Positions 13,804 through 26,900 of a DNA stretch of 64,000 bases are shown in pieces (position 1 is the stretch's first letter; every line of letters starts with the position of its first letter). The DNA lies in NCBI GenBank assembly GCA_905178155.1, contig CAJINV010000006.1, forward strand, positions 4,092,130 to 4,156,129, in the 5' to 3' direction. The notes under the pieces were generated by a model. That model did no database searches. It had not been told where the DNA came from and saw only the letters and a list, made by a program, of their open reading frames with translations. The translations under genes and the position numbers were made by a program. The DNA is from Amoebophrya sp. A120. Lineage: Eukaryota; Protista; Dinoflagellata.

Positions 13804-15530
13804 TGTAGGTTCTGATAATGCAAGAGCGACAAGAAGATGTAGCGCTTTCGTAGGAGATTCTGGCGCGATTGACGCTGTGACTCACTGCATAAGCGGTTCT
13901 AAGAGCTGCGTGGACTCTCTTGAAACTGGGATACGATCTCCAATTTGCAAAGCAGAACCGGAATAACGACTTTGCCACCACGAGACCGACAAGAACAAAA
14001 ATCGCGACGAGGCACCTGTTACGGCAGCCGTGCCGGCACGGTAGCTGCCACAGACAATGAACGCCTGAGGGCCGGCGGATAGCAAAGAAATATGAGAACG
14101 CGGGCCGGCAATGGGGCTAGCGCACGCCCTGCCCCCGAAGGCCGACGGGGGCGGGCCCGGGCGTGGCGGAGGCCGGAACGCCGAATAGTAATACTAGCGC
14201 GCTAAAGTGCGCGCTCGCAGACCACCGGGCGCAATTAGCCACACCCACACCGCGCGGGCCTTGGCTTTGCCTTCCGTCGCGGCGGGTGTGCGAGGCACTG
14301 CCGGGCGGCTAACCTCGGCCGCAGTTAATGAACCAGCCGCCCCCTCGCTCCCAAACAGAGAAGACGGGCGGGCGATAACGTAAGGAAGCCACAAGGAGGC
14401 GGCGGGCGCCCATGGGGGGAGGCGCGCGGGTGCGGGGCGGCGCCCGCGCACGTCCTGAAAAACTTCAACAAGACCAAAGGCCGGCGGAGCTGGATCGCCG
14501 TCCGCGCGTAGGCCAGCAGGACCCGCGACGGCTCCGACGGTGGCGGGCCGAAAAGCTCGCCGGAAGCCGGCGCGCCCGCAAGCAAACGCCATGGCCAGGG
14601 CGCCAAGGCTATCCCGGTGCGGCGCATCGAAGTAGACGCGGACGCTGCGCCCGGCCAGCATCAGCGAAGCCCAGGACCTCCCCTGCGCAGCCCCGGCGTT
14701 CGTCGGTCGCACCAATGGCCGCAGCGAGGCGGCTGGCTCGCAGTACGACTGGCCTGCAACTCGCAAAAAGCATGCCACCGCGGCGGGGCGGTGGCTGGGT
14801 TGCACCGCGTGGCCGGAAGAGCGGCCGCCAACCAACTAGCGCCGCACCCTACGCCACGAAGCGAGTGGCCGCCACATCCCTAGCGCAGCCGCACTCGTTC
14901 GCCGAACGCTCCAGGACATGCTTCAACGCATCGAGGGGGCCCACGCCCGCGCGCGGCGCGTTGCTGCGGCCGGCCGGCGGGCGCAGCCTCTTCGCGGCCC
15001 GGCCCAGGGCCGTCGGTCCTTCCTTCGGCCCCGCGCTGTCTTGCTGAGCGACAGGCGCCGCGGCCTTCTCCAAGGTGGCACGAGGCTGCTACTGTGCTTA
15101 GCACTATATTTCGAACAAACGAACAGAAACAGTCAGCCTCGAGATTCGTGTCCACTCGGGCCCCAAACTTCTCTCGAACAACCTCCGCTATGTCGAGGCC
15201 GCCCTCGTCGGAGAGCGATCTTCGAACAAAATTCATGTCCTTCAAACGAACACTCTGACTACACAGCGTCTTGCAATACCCATCGCTGGTCAACACAGTT
15301 GTCATTTACATCAGCGAGAAAACTGTTGTAGCAGCTTCATTGAAAAGCCATTATTTCCTTTTCCATCATACAGGACGCGTCCGAAGCAAAGAAGGTGCGT
15401 GTCGGTCCATTTCGAACGGATCGTCAAAAATCATACAAGTCGGCCATTTGTAAAAGTACTTAATCCTTCATCCTTACCACGGAAGATCCTGATCTAAAAG
15501 GGCAAAAACCCCGATCTCCATGATCATCTC

Positions 15531-18016
15531 CTACCAAAACACCTCCGCCACCATACATCTCACACCCCCACCGCCGATTTTCTCGATGGTTGAAACGTCG
15601 CAACAAACCAGCATGTACCCGCTCTCTGACAGAGTTCTCTTCTGCTCCTCCGTAAAAGCTTTTTCTGCTGTTGTGGACAGCAGCCAGAGGAATTCGAGTT
15701 CTTCGTCTTGCTTGTTCATGTTTTCTTTTTCATCAACATCGCCAGCACCGAAATGAGTTGTTGCGGTTGTACTAGTGCTCGCACTTTTATTACTCCGTGC
15801 AGCCAGTTCCAAGCAATTCCCCGCGAAATTCTCAACTTGAGCGAACGAGATGTCAATGATATCGAGTGCCAATGTGTCTGGGTCTGGAAGGTTGAACCTG
15901 TATTGCATGTCTCGCATTCCTAAAAAACCTGTATTGCAGAAGCAGCAAATGAAGCGCCACACTTTCGTCATGCAGAAGCGCAGTTTGTGTTTGTAATGCG
16001 TTCTGCGCATGAGAAAGCGATTGAAACATTTGTCATGCTGCACTGCACTTACAGGCACACTCAATCTCAATCATGACACTTCAGCATTACAAGTTTCCAG
16101 ACCCAGACATATTTGCAATCCATAAATGACTTTCTTCAACAATTTCTGTTCCAGCAACTCCTGCAGTTCTTGTTTCGAAGAGATAAAGCAGGTGGTTTTG
16201 GTAGTTTTTCTGTGTCGAGTAGAAGCTTTAATCTTTTGCTTTTCATCGGTCGTCTCGTCTCCATTTTGCTGCTGCTGCTGCTCTACTGCGCGTGCAATTT
16301 TTTCATCATAATCCCCCGCGGCCACGCCCTTCACCTGCTCCAAACAAACCACTGCGACGCTTTTCCCGACCGTCATAATCACGTTTGTGTGGTATCCTGA
16401 GTGAAAACGGCCCCGCCCATTAGCTCCTGTCATGCAGATTTGCATCTACAAAATCATCTGTAATGCAGATCCGCACGACAGTTATTTGTAGTCGTGTTCT
16501 GGGATTTGTGATGCTGTAAACAGCATACACAGGCGTTTTTGTGATGCGGCTGTCCTTGCTAATTAGGACTACAGTGCAGATCGAAACTTGTAATGCTCAA
16601 CTCCCAAAACTTGGAAATTTGTGTTGCAGATTTACCAACTTGACTATGGGGTGGTCACCTTTTTACACAGGATATGTGGTAGATGTTGTTCACCGTTTCA
16701 AAAACCACCAAATCGTAGCCCATCCGGTCATATGAAATGCAAATATGTCTGGGTCTGGGAACTTGTGATGCAAAGAAGAAAATAGGCAGCGCACTGTCAA
16801 GCATGATAAGTCTCTCCATGGGTCGCAGTTGCGCACTTCGCATGAGAAACTGCGTTTTCGCATGACACGCAAGAGACGCTCTTATTTGCGGCCACGCAAT
16901 ACAGAGTTCAGAGCCCATGCCAGGCTCGCATGACAAATTTCACAATGAATCTCCCAGACCCAAACATATATGCAGTTGATAGGTCGCAGACGAGAGATTC
17001 CGCCAGCGCGACGGAGTTCGCCCTCGGGGAGAGCGCGAGAAAACTATCCGAGAAAAAAAGTGTTACAGTTACACACCTGTTCTTTGGCAATCAGCAACAC
17101 AAACTTGGTCTGCATTTGACAGCGGAAACTTGCGATGCAGAGATCATAAGGGAAATAAACACGTGCGAAGAATAAACTAAGCCCCCAAGCTGCATATCGG
17201 GCATGACAGACCTTCTCTGTCTTGCTTGATTTGCAACACAACGACCATGTGTAACTGTAACACTTTTTTTTTCGCATAAAAACAGGTTCGCGTCCAGTGG
17301 TCGAAGACGAGACAGCCCGTGCCTTCCAGGAAGACCTTGCTGGAACGAGAGGTAGATCCCGCTGTTTTTGCGCCCTCTTCAACATCTCCCCGTAAGTCCA
17401 CAATTTCTGTTGTGGATTTGTCTTGCTGGAGCTGCTGCTGCGACTCTGACTCACGAACTTGTTCTGCATAATCATTATTCCACCCTATCAGCTGTACCAG
17501 ACTTTCGATCTTCACTTCCCTCTGCCGGGATGGACACAGCATCGGGTAGATGGCAATCTTCTTCGACATCAATGGGTGATCTTCTCTTGCTGAAGTTCCA
17601 TCACAATTGATGGTTGACGTTTTGTCATGCTGATGAAGATGATCACCTCCTCCCCCTCCACGCGGAGACGAAACGAAGGTCGAGAACCAGTTGTTGGGAA
17701 AGACGGCGTCGGGAAGAAAATCTGGTTTGTCATGCTGTTCCCCCATCAAAACGGACACTTTCACCCCAAAGGCCTCTAACTTCGATTTCACGTTGTGCCA
17801 CTCGATAGACGCCTGCTGCTGTACTATTTTTGCGGAAGTAGCCGCATGATCTGGTGAAGCGGTTCTTGTCCCGGGTGCGTTGCTGATGCTGTTGGACGTC
17901 GAGAGATTGGCATGCATGAACTCGTTCGTGCCAGCGGTCTCCTCGTTGAAGCCAAAAGACGTCGGCGGAACCATCACCACATGGTTGGCGACGCATCTTT
18001 GTCGACCTGTTGACAT
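15531..18016 (-). CDS. Amidinotransferase / arginine deiminase-related hydrolase (CtlX-like), ~477 aa, 4 introners
   Basis: Family motifs MVPPTSFGFNEET, PDAVFPNNWFST, YPMLCPSRQRE, FLEGTGCLVFD, IYHTNVIM, FAGNCLEL, IEKIGGGGVRCMVAE; spliced 1434 nt in frame. Confidence 0.88.
15860..16124. mobile_element. Introner family A
   Basis: TIRs; TSD aatga. Confidence 0.9.
16393..16674. mobile_element. Introner family C
   Basis: TIRs; TSD tgtgg; splits the YHTN motif. Confidence 0.92.
16731..16981. mobile_element. Introner family A
   Basis: TIRs; TSD ggtca/ggtcg. Confidence 0.9.
17045..17278. mobile_element. Introner family D
   Basis: TIR tatccgagaaaaaaagtgttacagttacac; TSD aaaac. Confidence 0.9.
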
Positions 18017-18938
18017 GGTTATTTAGTATCAAGCGCCAGCTGTTTCTGTTGCGCGACAGTGGGTGCAGCGACGTCGAGGTAGAATCTCTAAAAATGGCGA
18101 CAGTGCGGCGTCGAGGTCGAGTCTTTATAACAAAACCAGTGTAGTCCGCAATGGCTGAACGCCACCCACAAAACGGCACCGGCCTGCGTGCCACAGGTCG
18201 GTGGCAATTACGGGGGCCGGCATTTATTTTTCCCTGGGGCGGGCGAGCCTACGGGGGGGAGGCGCTAGTACCGGCATCGCTTCGCCGACCTGTTACAGCC
18301 GAGGCCCGAACCCCGGCACGAATCTACGCCACTGTGTTGTTCGGTGCCTTCAAAGAACCTCTGCCGCCGCTCGTCTCTGCCTTCTTGCGTCGCTCTGATT
18401 CATCAGACAAGTCGCAGTAGAACCAAGCAACCCCCGCAAGTGTTTTTCTCTCGGCGGGATGAAACAAGCGCTGCTTACCGAAACAGAACACTTGTGACTG
18501 GTTGAAATATTTTTAGCTGCGGAGTACTTCCACTCTGACCAGGATTCTGTGTTCAAATTTGTGTCAAAGTGAACGACGACAAAGCGTCAGCAGGGTGTGT
18601 GTTTTTTGTTTTCAATTGTTCAGCCCAATAAAGTAGGTGCGGTAGTTGCGTTCTTACCCGGGAAATGGAAATGCACTAGACTGTTCATCAGTTCTTCATC
18701 ACATATGGAGTTAAAATTTTTATCACGTTTCCCCTGCGTCCTCAAGTCAGTGCTTCACTCAACACCACGACTTCTTTTATTGCAACTTCCTATTTAGATC
18801 CACTTCGACTTCATCCACAGCAACCCTAGTCATTGCACCACAAAAAACCCACAGTGTTCGTGTTCAACTTCCGTGTAAAGGTGCGGAAAAATAAAACAGC
18901 ACGAGCACTCACGAATAATCCGCCTAACTAAGTGAAAT

Positions 18939-21900
18939 CTAAAAACTGAACAGATTCCCCACCTCGGTCGGGACAGGAGAAAGCCCCGCACCAGACCTTC
19001 CCCCCGCACCACTCGAGAGTCCACCCATACTCCGTATTCTGGCGAAAATCATGACTGCTGCAATGACCGCATGGTAGGCGTGCCAAATTTGCAACGGGCC
19101 GAGGTTCAGAACCAGAGAAATATCCTGTGCAAAACCATCGTACTAGTATAACTCGCATGACAAATTTCCTCAGCATGAGAAAAACAATTTGTAATGCGGT
19201 TTTACCTATAGAAAAAGAATTTGTAATGCATGACTGCGATTACTACTAGTACGAAGATACTTTTGCAATGCATAAGAAATCCCGCAAATCACAAACAGGT
19301 CGTAGTTTCTCAGTAGCACGTGCCGCATGTTCCAATACAGGTAGAAATACCCCGGAATGATCACATCGTAGGCAACCATCGCCGTCATCGGCCCAATGTA
19401 GTTTTTGAATTTCAGGGTGTGGATGAAAATGCTGATGGTACATGCGTACGCGCCGATCACCTGAATCCCGTACAGCAAATACCGGTCCTCCTCCGTGATG
19501 CGGTATCCTCTGTAAAAACGTCCCCACCCCAGAGGTGTAATGCAGAATTACAATCACAGGAAAACTTGTAATGCGCATTTCCATGAGAGGTGGCATTTTC
19601 AATCGTGTTATGCAATTTGTGATACTGTAAACAGGATACCAGGATGGATTTGTGATGCGGTTGTCCTTGCTAACCCGCGGCATTACAGTACAGAGAAAGA
19701 CTTGTCATGCGTGACTCCCAAAACTTCTAGATCCGTGTTGCAGAGTCCCCATTTTGACTCTGGGGTGGGGACGTTTTTACACAGGATATGCGGCCGAGAA
19801 AAATCAAGTAATTCGGGAAGTAGGACACGAAATGCTTCTTTCGCAAGAAAAAACTGCTTCACTGCGAACTTGTGATGCAGAGAACGAAGCACCAAGGTGT
19901 TTGTGTTGCTACACCTGCATAGAACATTGGAGTTTCAGCCGTGTTTTCCCCTATTGGAAATGCCCGCATGGCAAATTTTCCGTGTCATGTGTAACAAACT
20001 TGCGATGCGGATCTTGCAAAATCACCACAGTGAAACAGTTTTTTCGTGGGATAGCTTCGCGAACAGGTAGAATACTTTGATGGCGTAGGCGGACGCGGTG
20101 AGGCTCCAGGCGTTCTCGGGAGATTTGTATCAAAGTGAAAAATCCCCCCTCCCCAGATTGAAAAGGAAATTTCTGTTGCTGGATTTGTGTACACAAATCA
20201 GCTCTGTCTTGCAGTGAGGCACTGCAAGAAAAGGAGCCTCAGCCTGTGTAGGTGTGTTTTGCTGTAGGTGCTTAGCATCGCAGAGGCCTACCATGTAGCC
20301 GCAACAGCATTACAAATCGCCTGCAGAGGCCGGCGGATGCTTTGGATTTGCCATCTTGCAAGAGAAACAGGATTTGTGGTCACAAATCAGCATGACAAAT
20401 TTTTAGGAACATGCCTATTCAATATGGGGAGGGGAGATTTTTCCTCACAATAACTTGTTTTTCGCGTTTTTGACCGCGTTCCGGATCCGGGACACCGGCC
20501 AGAACACCGATCGGAAATAGAAGACGAAAAAGACGAAGATGGGTTCCAACAGGAAAAAGAAAACGCGCTGGAATACCGGTTTGAAGCTGTTGTTCTGAAA
20601 GAAGAAGAACTTGTTTCCACCTGTTCCGAGGACATCATGATAAGAACCGGCTCTTGCGGTATCAACTTCTACACTTGATGTCATGCTAAAAACGCTTGAT
20701 TCGTCCGACAGAACAACAAGTCCTCCTGGTGGTGGTACCGTTTCCGTTGAAAAAAGCGTTGCTGCGTGCGGGTCTATTTCTATTTGCGGTGCTATTCCTA
20801 AATTCTTCACCACCTTCTCGTCGTAAAATCCCCTCCAAAACCCGTCTGGACACTGCAAATAGCAGCAGATCCACAGCAGTTGCATATAAAATGCAAATAT
20901 GTCTGGGTCTGGAAGGTGGTAACTTGTCATGGTAAATCTGAAGCGTCCAAAAATGTGTGTTGCATGAGTGCTACAAGCTGGTGTCCACTTTCGACCAATT
21001 ATTTGGGAGGGAGTTTCTCATGCAGGATAGGCACGGCAGAGACCTCGCAGAGTCTGTCATGCTAAGTCCCGCATTCCAGACCTCAGGCATCGTGGAAAAT
21101 CTGCATGACAAGTTTACACCCCTCCAGACCCAGACACTTTTGCACTCGATATTGCATCGCGTAAAACGAATTCTCCCGCACCGTGTAGTAACTCAGCACG
21201 CTTTTGTATCGTGGGAAAAAAGTAGTGCTTACAGTTACACACTCTAATCGGAGACATCAAGCAAGACAGACAACCTCTGTCATGCAGGAAATGCTGTCCA
21301 GCCTCATTTCGTTTGTGTTTTCCCTTATAGTCTGCGCATCACAGCAGGTTTTCTTATTGCCATGTCGAACAACTTTGTGATGCAGAAACTCCAACAATTT
21401 GTGTATTACACAAATTGTATTACGGTTTAAAACCGTAACACTTTTCTCCTGTGATATTTTGTCCGCAACGGCCGCGAACCCCGGGTCTTCCTTCCGCGGG
21501 AGAAAACGGAAGGTTAGAGCCGCGTTTAAAGACTGCACAAACCCGGTTAAAGGGACAGACCAGACGAGAATGGAAGATTTGAATTTCTCGTAGTCCGTGA
21601 AGTACAGGTACACTTCAGCCGCGTATTGAACTAGGAAGAGAAACCCGAGGAGCCGGTGGGACAAAAATTTCTTCTGTAGGAAAAACAGGTTGGTAATTGT
21701 GTACGGAAAGCGGAGAACCATGCGAAGGATGTTTTTAGAAGTTGTACCAGAGCTGCTAGAAGTGGAAGATGTAGTTGTTGAGGACCTCCCTAGTGCCGCT
21801 GGTTTCGAGTTGGTTACTTGCTCTGCGTCGTCCTCGACTTTACAGCTACTTCCAACGGTTGATGTAGCACAACTGCGGTCGACCAGACCATCTTCTTGTG

Positions 21901-22060
21901 TGCAGTTCCTCGGTGTGCTCAAGGTCGAGTTTGCGGCACTGGAGGCTGTCGTGCTGGGGTATTTTTGTTCCACGGTGTCTACTACTAGGCCGGCTCCTTC
22001 CGCCTTGCCGCGGGGCGCGGCTGCGGAGGGAGAAGTAGAGGTGGATGCGAGGACAGTCAT
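18939..22060 (-). CDS. Conserved-looking hypothetical multipass membrane protein (~531 aa), 6 introners
   Basis: Spliced 1596-nt frame: HRLLGFLFLVQY...TFRFLPRKEDPGFAAVADKSVLSYYTVRENSFY...FYLFAKHFVSYFPNYL...SIFIHTLKFKNYI; several hydrophobic helices. Confidence 0.8.
19121..19274. mobile_element. Introner family E
   Basis: TIR tatcctgtgcaaaa..tcgtactagta; TSD agaaa. Confidence 0.9.
19504..19788. mobile_element. Introner family C
   Basis: TIRs; TSD tgcgg. Confidence 0.9.
19839..20053. mobile_element. Introner family D-like
   Basis: TIR gaaaaaactg.ttcactg; TSD gcttc. Confidence 0.85.
20128..20452. mobile_element. Introner family B
   Basis: TIRs; TSD atttg/acttg. Confidence 0.9.
20885..21151. 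mobile_element. Introner family A
   Basis: TIRs; TSD ttgca. Confidence 0.9.
21207..21456. mobile_element. Introner family D
   Basis: TIRs; TSD ttttg. Confidence 0.88.
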
Positions 22061-23901
22061 TGCAGCTTTATTTGTGTTGTGGTCCTAGTGGTACGGCTTC
22101 TATGGACGTCGAAATTCCCAGCCAACTGTATGTTGGTGGTTTTGTAGAATGCGGCGCAATTCCTCCATACACAAGTGCTGCAAATTTTTTCAAAAAGCTC
22201 GCGCCCTTCAGCAAAGAAATTCATCATCTCCAGGCGACCTCTCCGTCACTCGCGGCTCAAAATCGTGAGTGGTCGGCTCAGATCTAACCAATGATCAGGA
22301 TCTATAACTCGCTCCAAACCTCGCCTCTCGTGTTATTTCCTTGTGCTCGGCGGGGACAGATTTCCCTTGCTCCGACGGCCCGCCGACACACGACGGAGCC
22401 AACTATATGGCGCAGGACCCTCACTCCGAACAGGAACAACGGGAACGGCAGCAGGCGCCCAAAGTAAGTAAAAAAGCGACTGCCGCCCGAGCATCTTCTA
22501 CTTCTTCAGTCCGTGAGCCTCCAACTTGGGTGCGTAAGTTTCTTTGCGTCGTCCGTTCCGCCGAGACTGGCGGCCGCGTGCCTTCTTGCATGCAGCGCCA
22601 CCACCGGCCACTCAGCCCGGCGGGCCAACCAAAGGGCCGCCGGCCGACAAGCCAGAGCGGCCAAAACCAACCGCGCGCCCTGGCGGGCCAAGTAGGAACG
22701 AGTCCGCGCGCCCGCAGCACAGCCTGGTGGCGCGGGGGCCCCACGAAACCGGGCAGGGAACAGGGGCCACAACCCCGCGCCCAAAGGGCTGCAAGGAGGG
22801 CCATGCGCGCGGCCCCTGCCCCCCACGCTGCATTATGCGAAAAGGGGCGGCAAACGAACGCGGGCGCGTGGGGAGCGAGCACACAGGCCCGGCCGCGCCG
22901 GCCCGCCGTGCTGCGGCGCACTGAATTCTTCCAGCTCTGGGCGTCCTCGCGTCCCCCGCGTCCTCGTGCGGCAATAGGGCTGAGCGCCGGCGCGTTCGCC
23001 GGCGGCAGACGCGGGCCTGGTGCTGGCGCCGGCGCGTCCAGACAGGCTGGCCGCTGCAGCAGTCGAAGACAGAGAGCGCCGCCGCCGGCCAGCCCGGCGC
23101 CGTCACTGACAGAGGACAACACCCCGGCCGCGCCGTTCCTTTCGCCTTGCCGCGCAGGTCTCCCACGGGGGAAAACGGAGGACGGGGAAGCAGCCACTTT
23201 CCTTGTGTTTGTGACAGAAGAGCTGCAACGAAATTAAAGTACCCCAATCGGCCTAACAATGAAAATCCCGCCTTGTTTCGTCTTCATGGAACCTGTCTTC
23301 CTTCAGCCTGGTCGAGTAGAAAAGACGCAACTAGACCCAAGACTACTACATCATCACCCTGCACTCTCCGAATAAAACCATAACTTTATCTCAGCACAGT
23401 GACAGCCCGGCGGCGAGTGAAAATAAGTACGCGTCTCTCTACTTCGTTCTGCCAAAATTGTATACAGACAAAACCAAACGGTCACAAAGCTGAAACGAGC
23501 AACCATTATTGCCTGCAAGACTTATCCGGCCCTGCAGGAGTGGCAACATGTCGCCCAGGAGACCACTCAGTGGACGTCTGCCGTTCTACGAAAAAGAAAA
23601 ACGCCAGTCCGTCCGACCGGCCACACTCTCACCAGACAGCAGCCGCGCACCAGATTTCAACACATTTTTGCGTAGCACACGAAAAAGGCCGGCGCCGGCT
23701 TAAGGCGTTCCGCCACATCTACTTCAATGGGAGAAGCATAGTACACTGCGCGGGGGCCTCTACTGCTTCATTGCATTTGCATTCTAATATTCTTATAAAC
23801 CTACGACTATATTAGCGGTGTAAAAAAAAAGTCACTGCGTGATCCCGCCTGAAATGATGACTTAAATCTATTCGAGGCAGTAGTCCCCTCATGATTGCAC
23901 T

Positions 23902-26900
23902 CTAGGTAGTAGTCCCCCCTAGGATTAATATCCTCTTCCGTCTTGCACTTCGTTGCTTGGATTGTTTTCCGTAACCGCCCCAGATATCGGGCTTGTCCAA
24001 GCAGGCCTCCACAAGTTTCACATAGTCTTCGTCCCCCTCCACCGTCATGATATCTCTCCAGGACCTCAAATCCTGCTTGAACCGTTCGCACTTATCAAAC
24101 ATGAACTCCACATCTTTCAACTTCGCCACATATGAACTGCAAAAGTATCGTAGAAGTAGTACAAATTGCATTACAAATTTGCTCAGCATTACAAATGGAA
24201 TTTGTAATGCGGATTTGCCTATAAGCAAAAAATTTGTGATGCATAAAAGCAATTAGTACGAGTACGATACTTTTGCACAGGATACCACATTCCAATCTTT
24301 GATATCCTGATTGAAATTCTCGCACCCCGCAAACATCCCCTATCAAAATGAAAAATTCCCCCTCCCCACATCAAAAAGGGAAATTTGTGATGCTGATTTG
24401 TGGCCACAAATCAGCTTTGTCATGCTAGAAGGCAAATAAAGATGCGGACTGTAGTGCTGGGTTGCGTGGGAAACAAGCCTTGCATCTTCAGCATGACAGG
24501 AGGCAGCTGGAACAAGTGGGAAACAGCGTGACAAATTGCCTGCAGACGAGACCACGACTGCGCCTCTTTGCCTTCTAGCAATACAAGTCGATGTATGCAC
24601 TCAGATACAGCATGACAAGTTTCGTTTTCGATATGGGGAGGGAAGATTTTTCCTCACGATATCCCCCGCATCGTGGTCACGTTGGAAACGTCCCAATGCT
24701 TCAGCTTATGGAAGCGTCAGGACTGAAATCGTCAAAGTTGAAATAGTTTGTGATGCATGAAATGCAACCCACAAAATGCCTCTCTTGCAGAGTAGGCTAG
24801 GGAAGCAGATTGCAAGCCTGTTGAGGGGTAGAAATAGAGCTGCTAAAGTTGCATGACGAAAGGCGTCTTCCTTACCGAAACAGCATGACAAACTGGATGT
24901 AGGCACCACCAAAATTTATCATGCACCACTTGAGAGCTGGGCTGTGACTGGACTCCATTTTATGCATGGCAAATTATTTCAACTCGGTCGATTTCAAACC
25001 TGACAGATCCATACAGCTTCCGGTCGAAATACGCACACCCGAGAAACATGCCGGCCATGTTCGTAGCACCCGAAACGTCCCACGCACTGTATGACCTGCT
25101 CAAACGTTACAATCTCAAACGTTACAATAGAGTCGGGAAATCTGTGATGCAAGAAATGCATGATCTAGCCAACTCTCATAGGACTGCGCATGACAAGTTC
25201 CGGAGTCCCACACCGCACTACAATCTGGCGAAATTTGTATTGCAGAAAGTGGAACGGTCTACGAGTCTGTAATGCTCATGATGCAAGACAAGTCCCAGAT
25301 TCTATTGTAACGTTTGAGATTGTAACACCTGAGCGGGTTATACACTGATATCGCTGTTGAAGTAGCTCGTTTCAACATCATCGGGATTATTCAAACGGGG
25401 ATACCAGCGAGCAGTAGAACTGAAGTTGGGAAAGCGCGAGAAGAGAGCGGAAAAATCTTGTATCAAATGTAAAAATGTCTGGGTCTGGAAGATTGTGAGA
25501 CTTGTCATGCATATTTCGGATCACGCAAATGGCGTCTGATGCAGGCAAAAGCATCACAGGTTCTGGGCACGTCTCATGATGCCTGTCCCGCATGAGAGAC
25601 TTCCTGCTTCCGTGCGAAGAAGTGGACAGCTTTTGGCGCTCATGCAACACAAATTTTTGTGTGTTCCAGAGTTTGCATCGCAAGTTCCAACTCTTCCAGA
25701 CCCAGACATTTTTGCAATCCATATCTTGGATGGCACTGCAATCCCAAATTCGAATCGGCCCGTAGAGCTCTTCGGCTTCCATATCAAATGCAAAAATGTC
25801 TGGGTCTGGAAGATTTCTAGAGTTGTCATGCATATTTCCCATGATCCGTGTCGTCTGGAATGCAGGACCTAGCATGACAGATTCTGCCAGATCCCTATCA
25901 TGCTTACCCTGCATGAGAGACTGCCTCGCGATTAGGTCAAAAGTGGACAGCTTTTGATAATCATGCAACACAGATTTTTACATGATTCAGATTTAGCATG
26001 ACAAGTTGCTTTGTTCCAGACCCAGACATTTTTACAGTCGATATTCCAATTGCGTTCGCGAAACTTCTTTGGAACGGTGAAAAGTCCGGTTTCGCGTGTC
26101 CAGGTAGGGGAGTAGGATCCGGTTTAGAATATTCCGACTGGGAACCGGATATCACACCAAAGAGTGTTAACGTTAACGAAATTTGGCATGCAGGAATGCA
26201 GGATAAATGATGCCCAAATACAAATTTGTATTGCATAGCATGCATGATAGCGAAAATTTGTCATGCATGACTGCAGTGCCCCAAAACCGTTAACGTTAAC
26301 ACTTTTTTGCTCGATACCGGATCAAAGGTCTTGATGAAGAATTTCAGATTGAAATAATGAACAACTACTTGTTCATCTACATCCGCACTGTTCATCTTCC
26401 GCTCCTCCTGATCGACGACGTGTGCTGGCCTACTTTCGTTATGATTTGTTCCCACGTGGGCGGAAGTACTAGATGTAGAAAACGTAGAAGAAGATGGTGG
26501 AGAATTTTCAAAAACGTAGTTCCGCTTCTTGTTTTCCCGGTCGATGTTCTCTGAATAGTTAGCCAAGTACCGTTTCACCGTTTCCGCTACCACAGAGTCT
26601 ATTTTTTCCTGGTCTACCTTGGTCCTCGAAGCTGATGAAGATGAACACGTAGTTTCCCTCACCACGCGCATGATTTCTTTGTCCTGCTTCATTTCCTGTT
26701 CGAGGAGAAAGCTCAACGCGTTTTGGCTCGGCGTGGCGGTAACGACATCTGGGTTTGCTTCATCCACAGTCCGAACAGCGTGGTTGTATCAAATGTAAAA
26801 GTATCTGGGTCTGGAAGAATGTCATGCTAAAAATGAAGCAAGCAAAAATCTGTGTTGCATGAGTACCAAAAGTCGTCCAGTTTTGACCAAGTCGGGCGGG

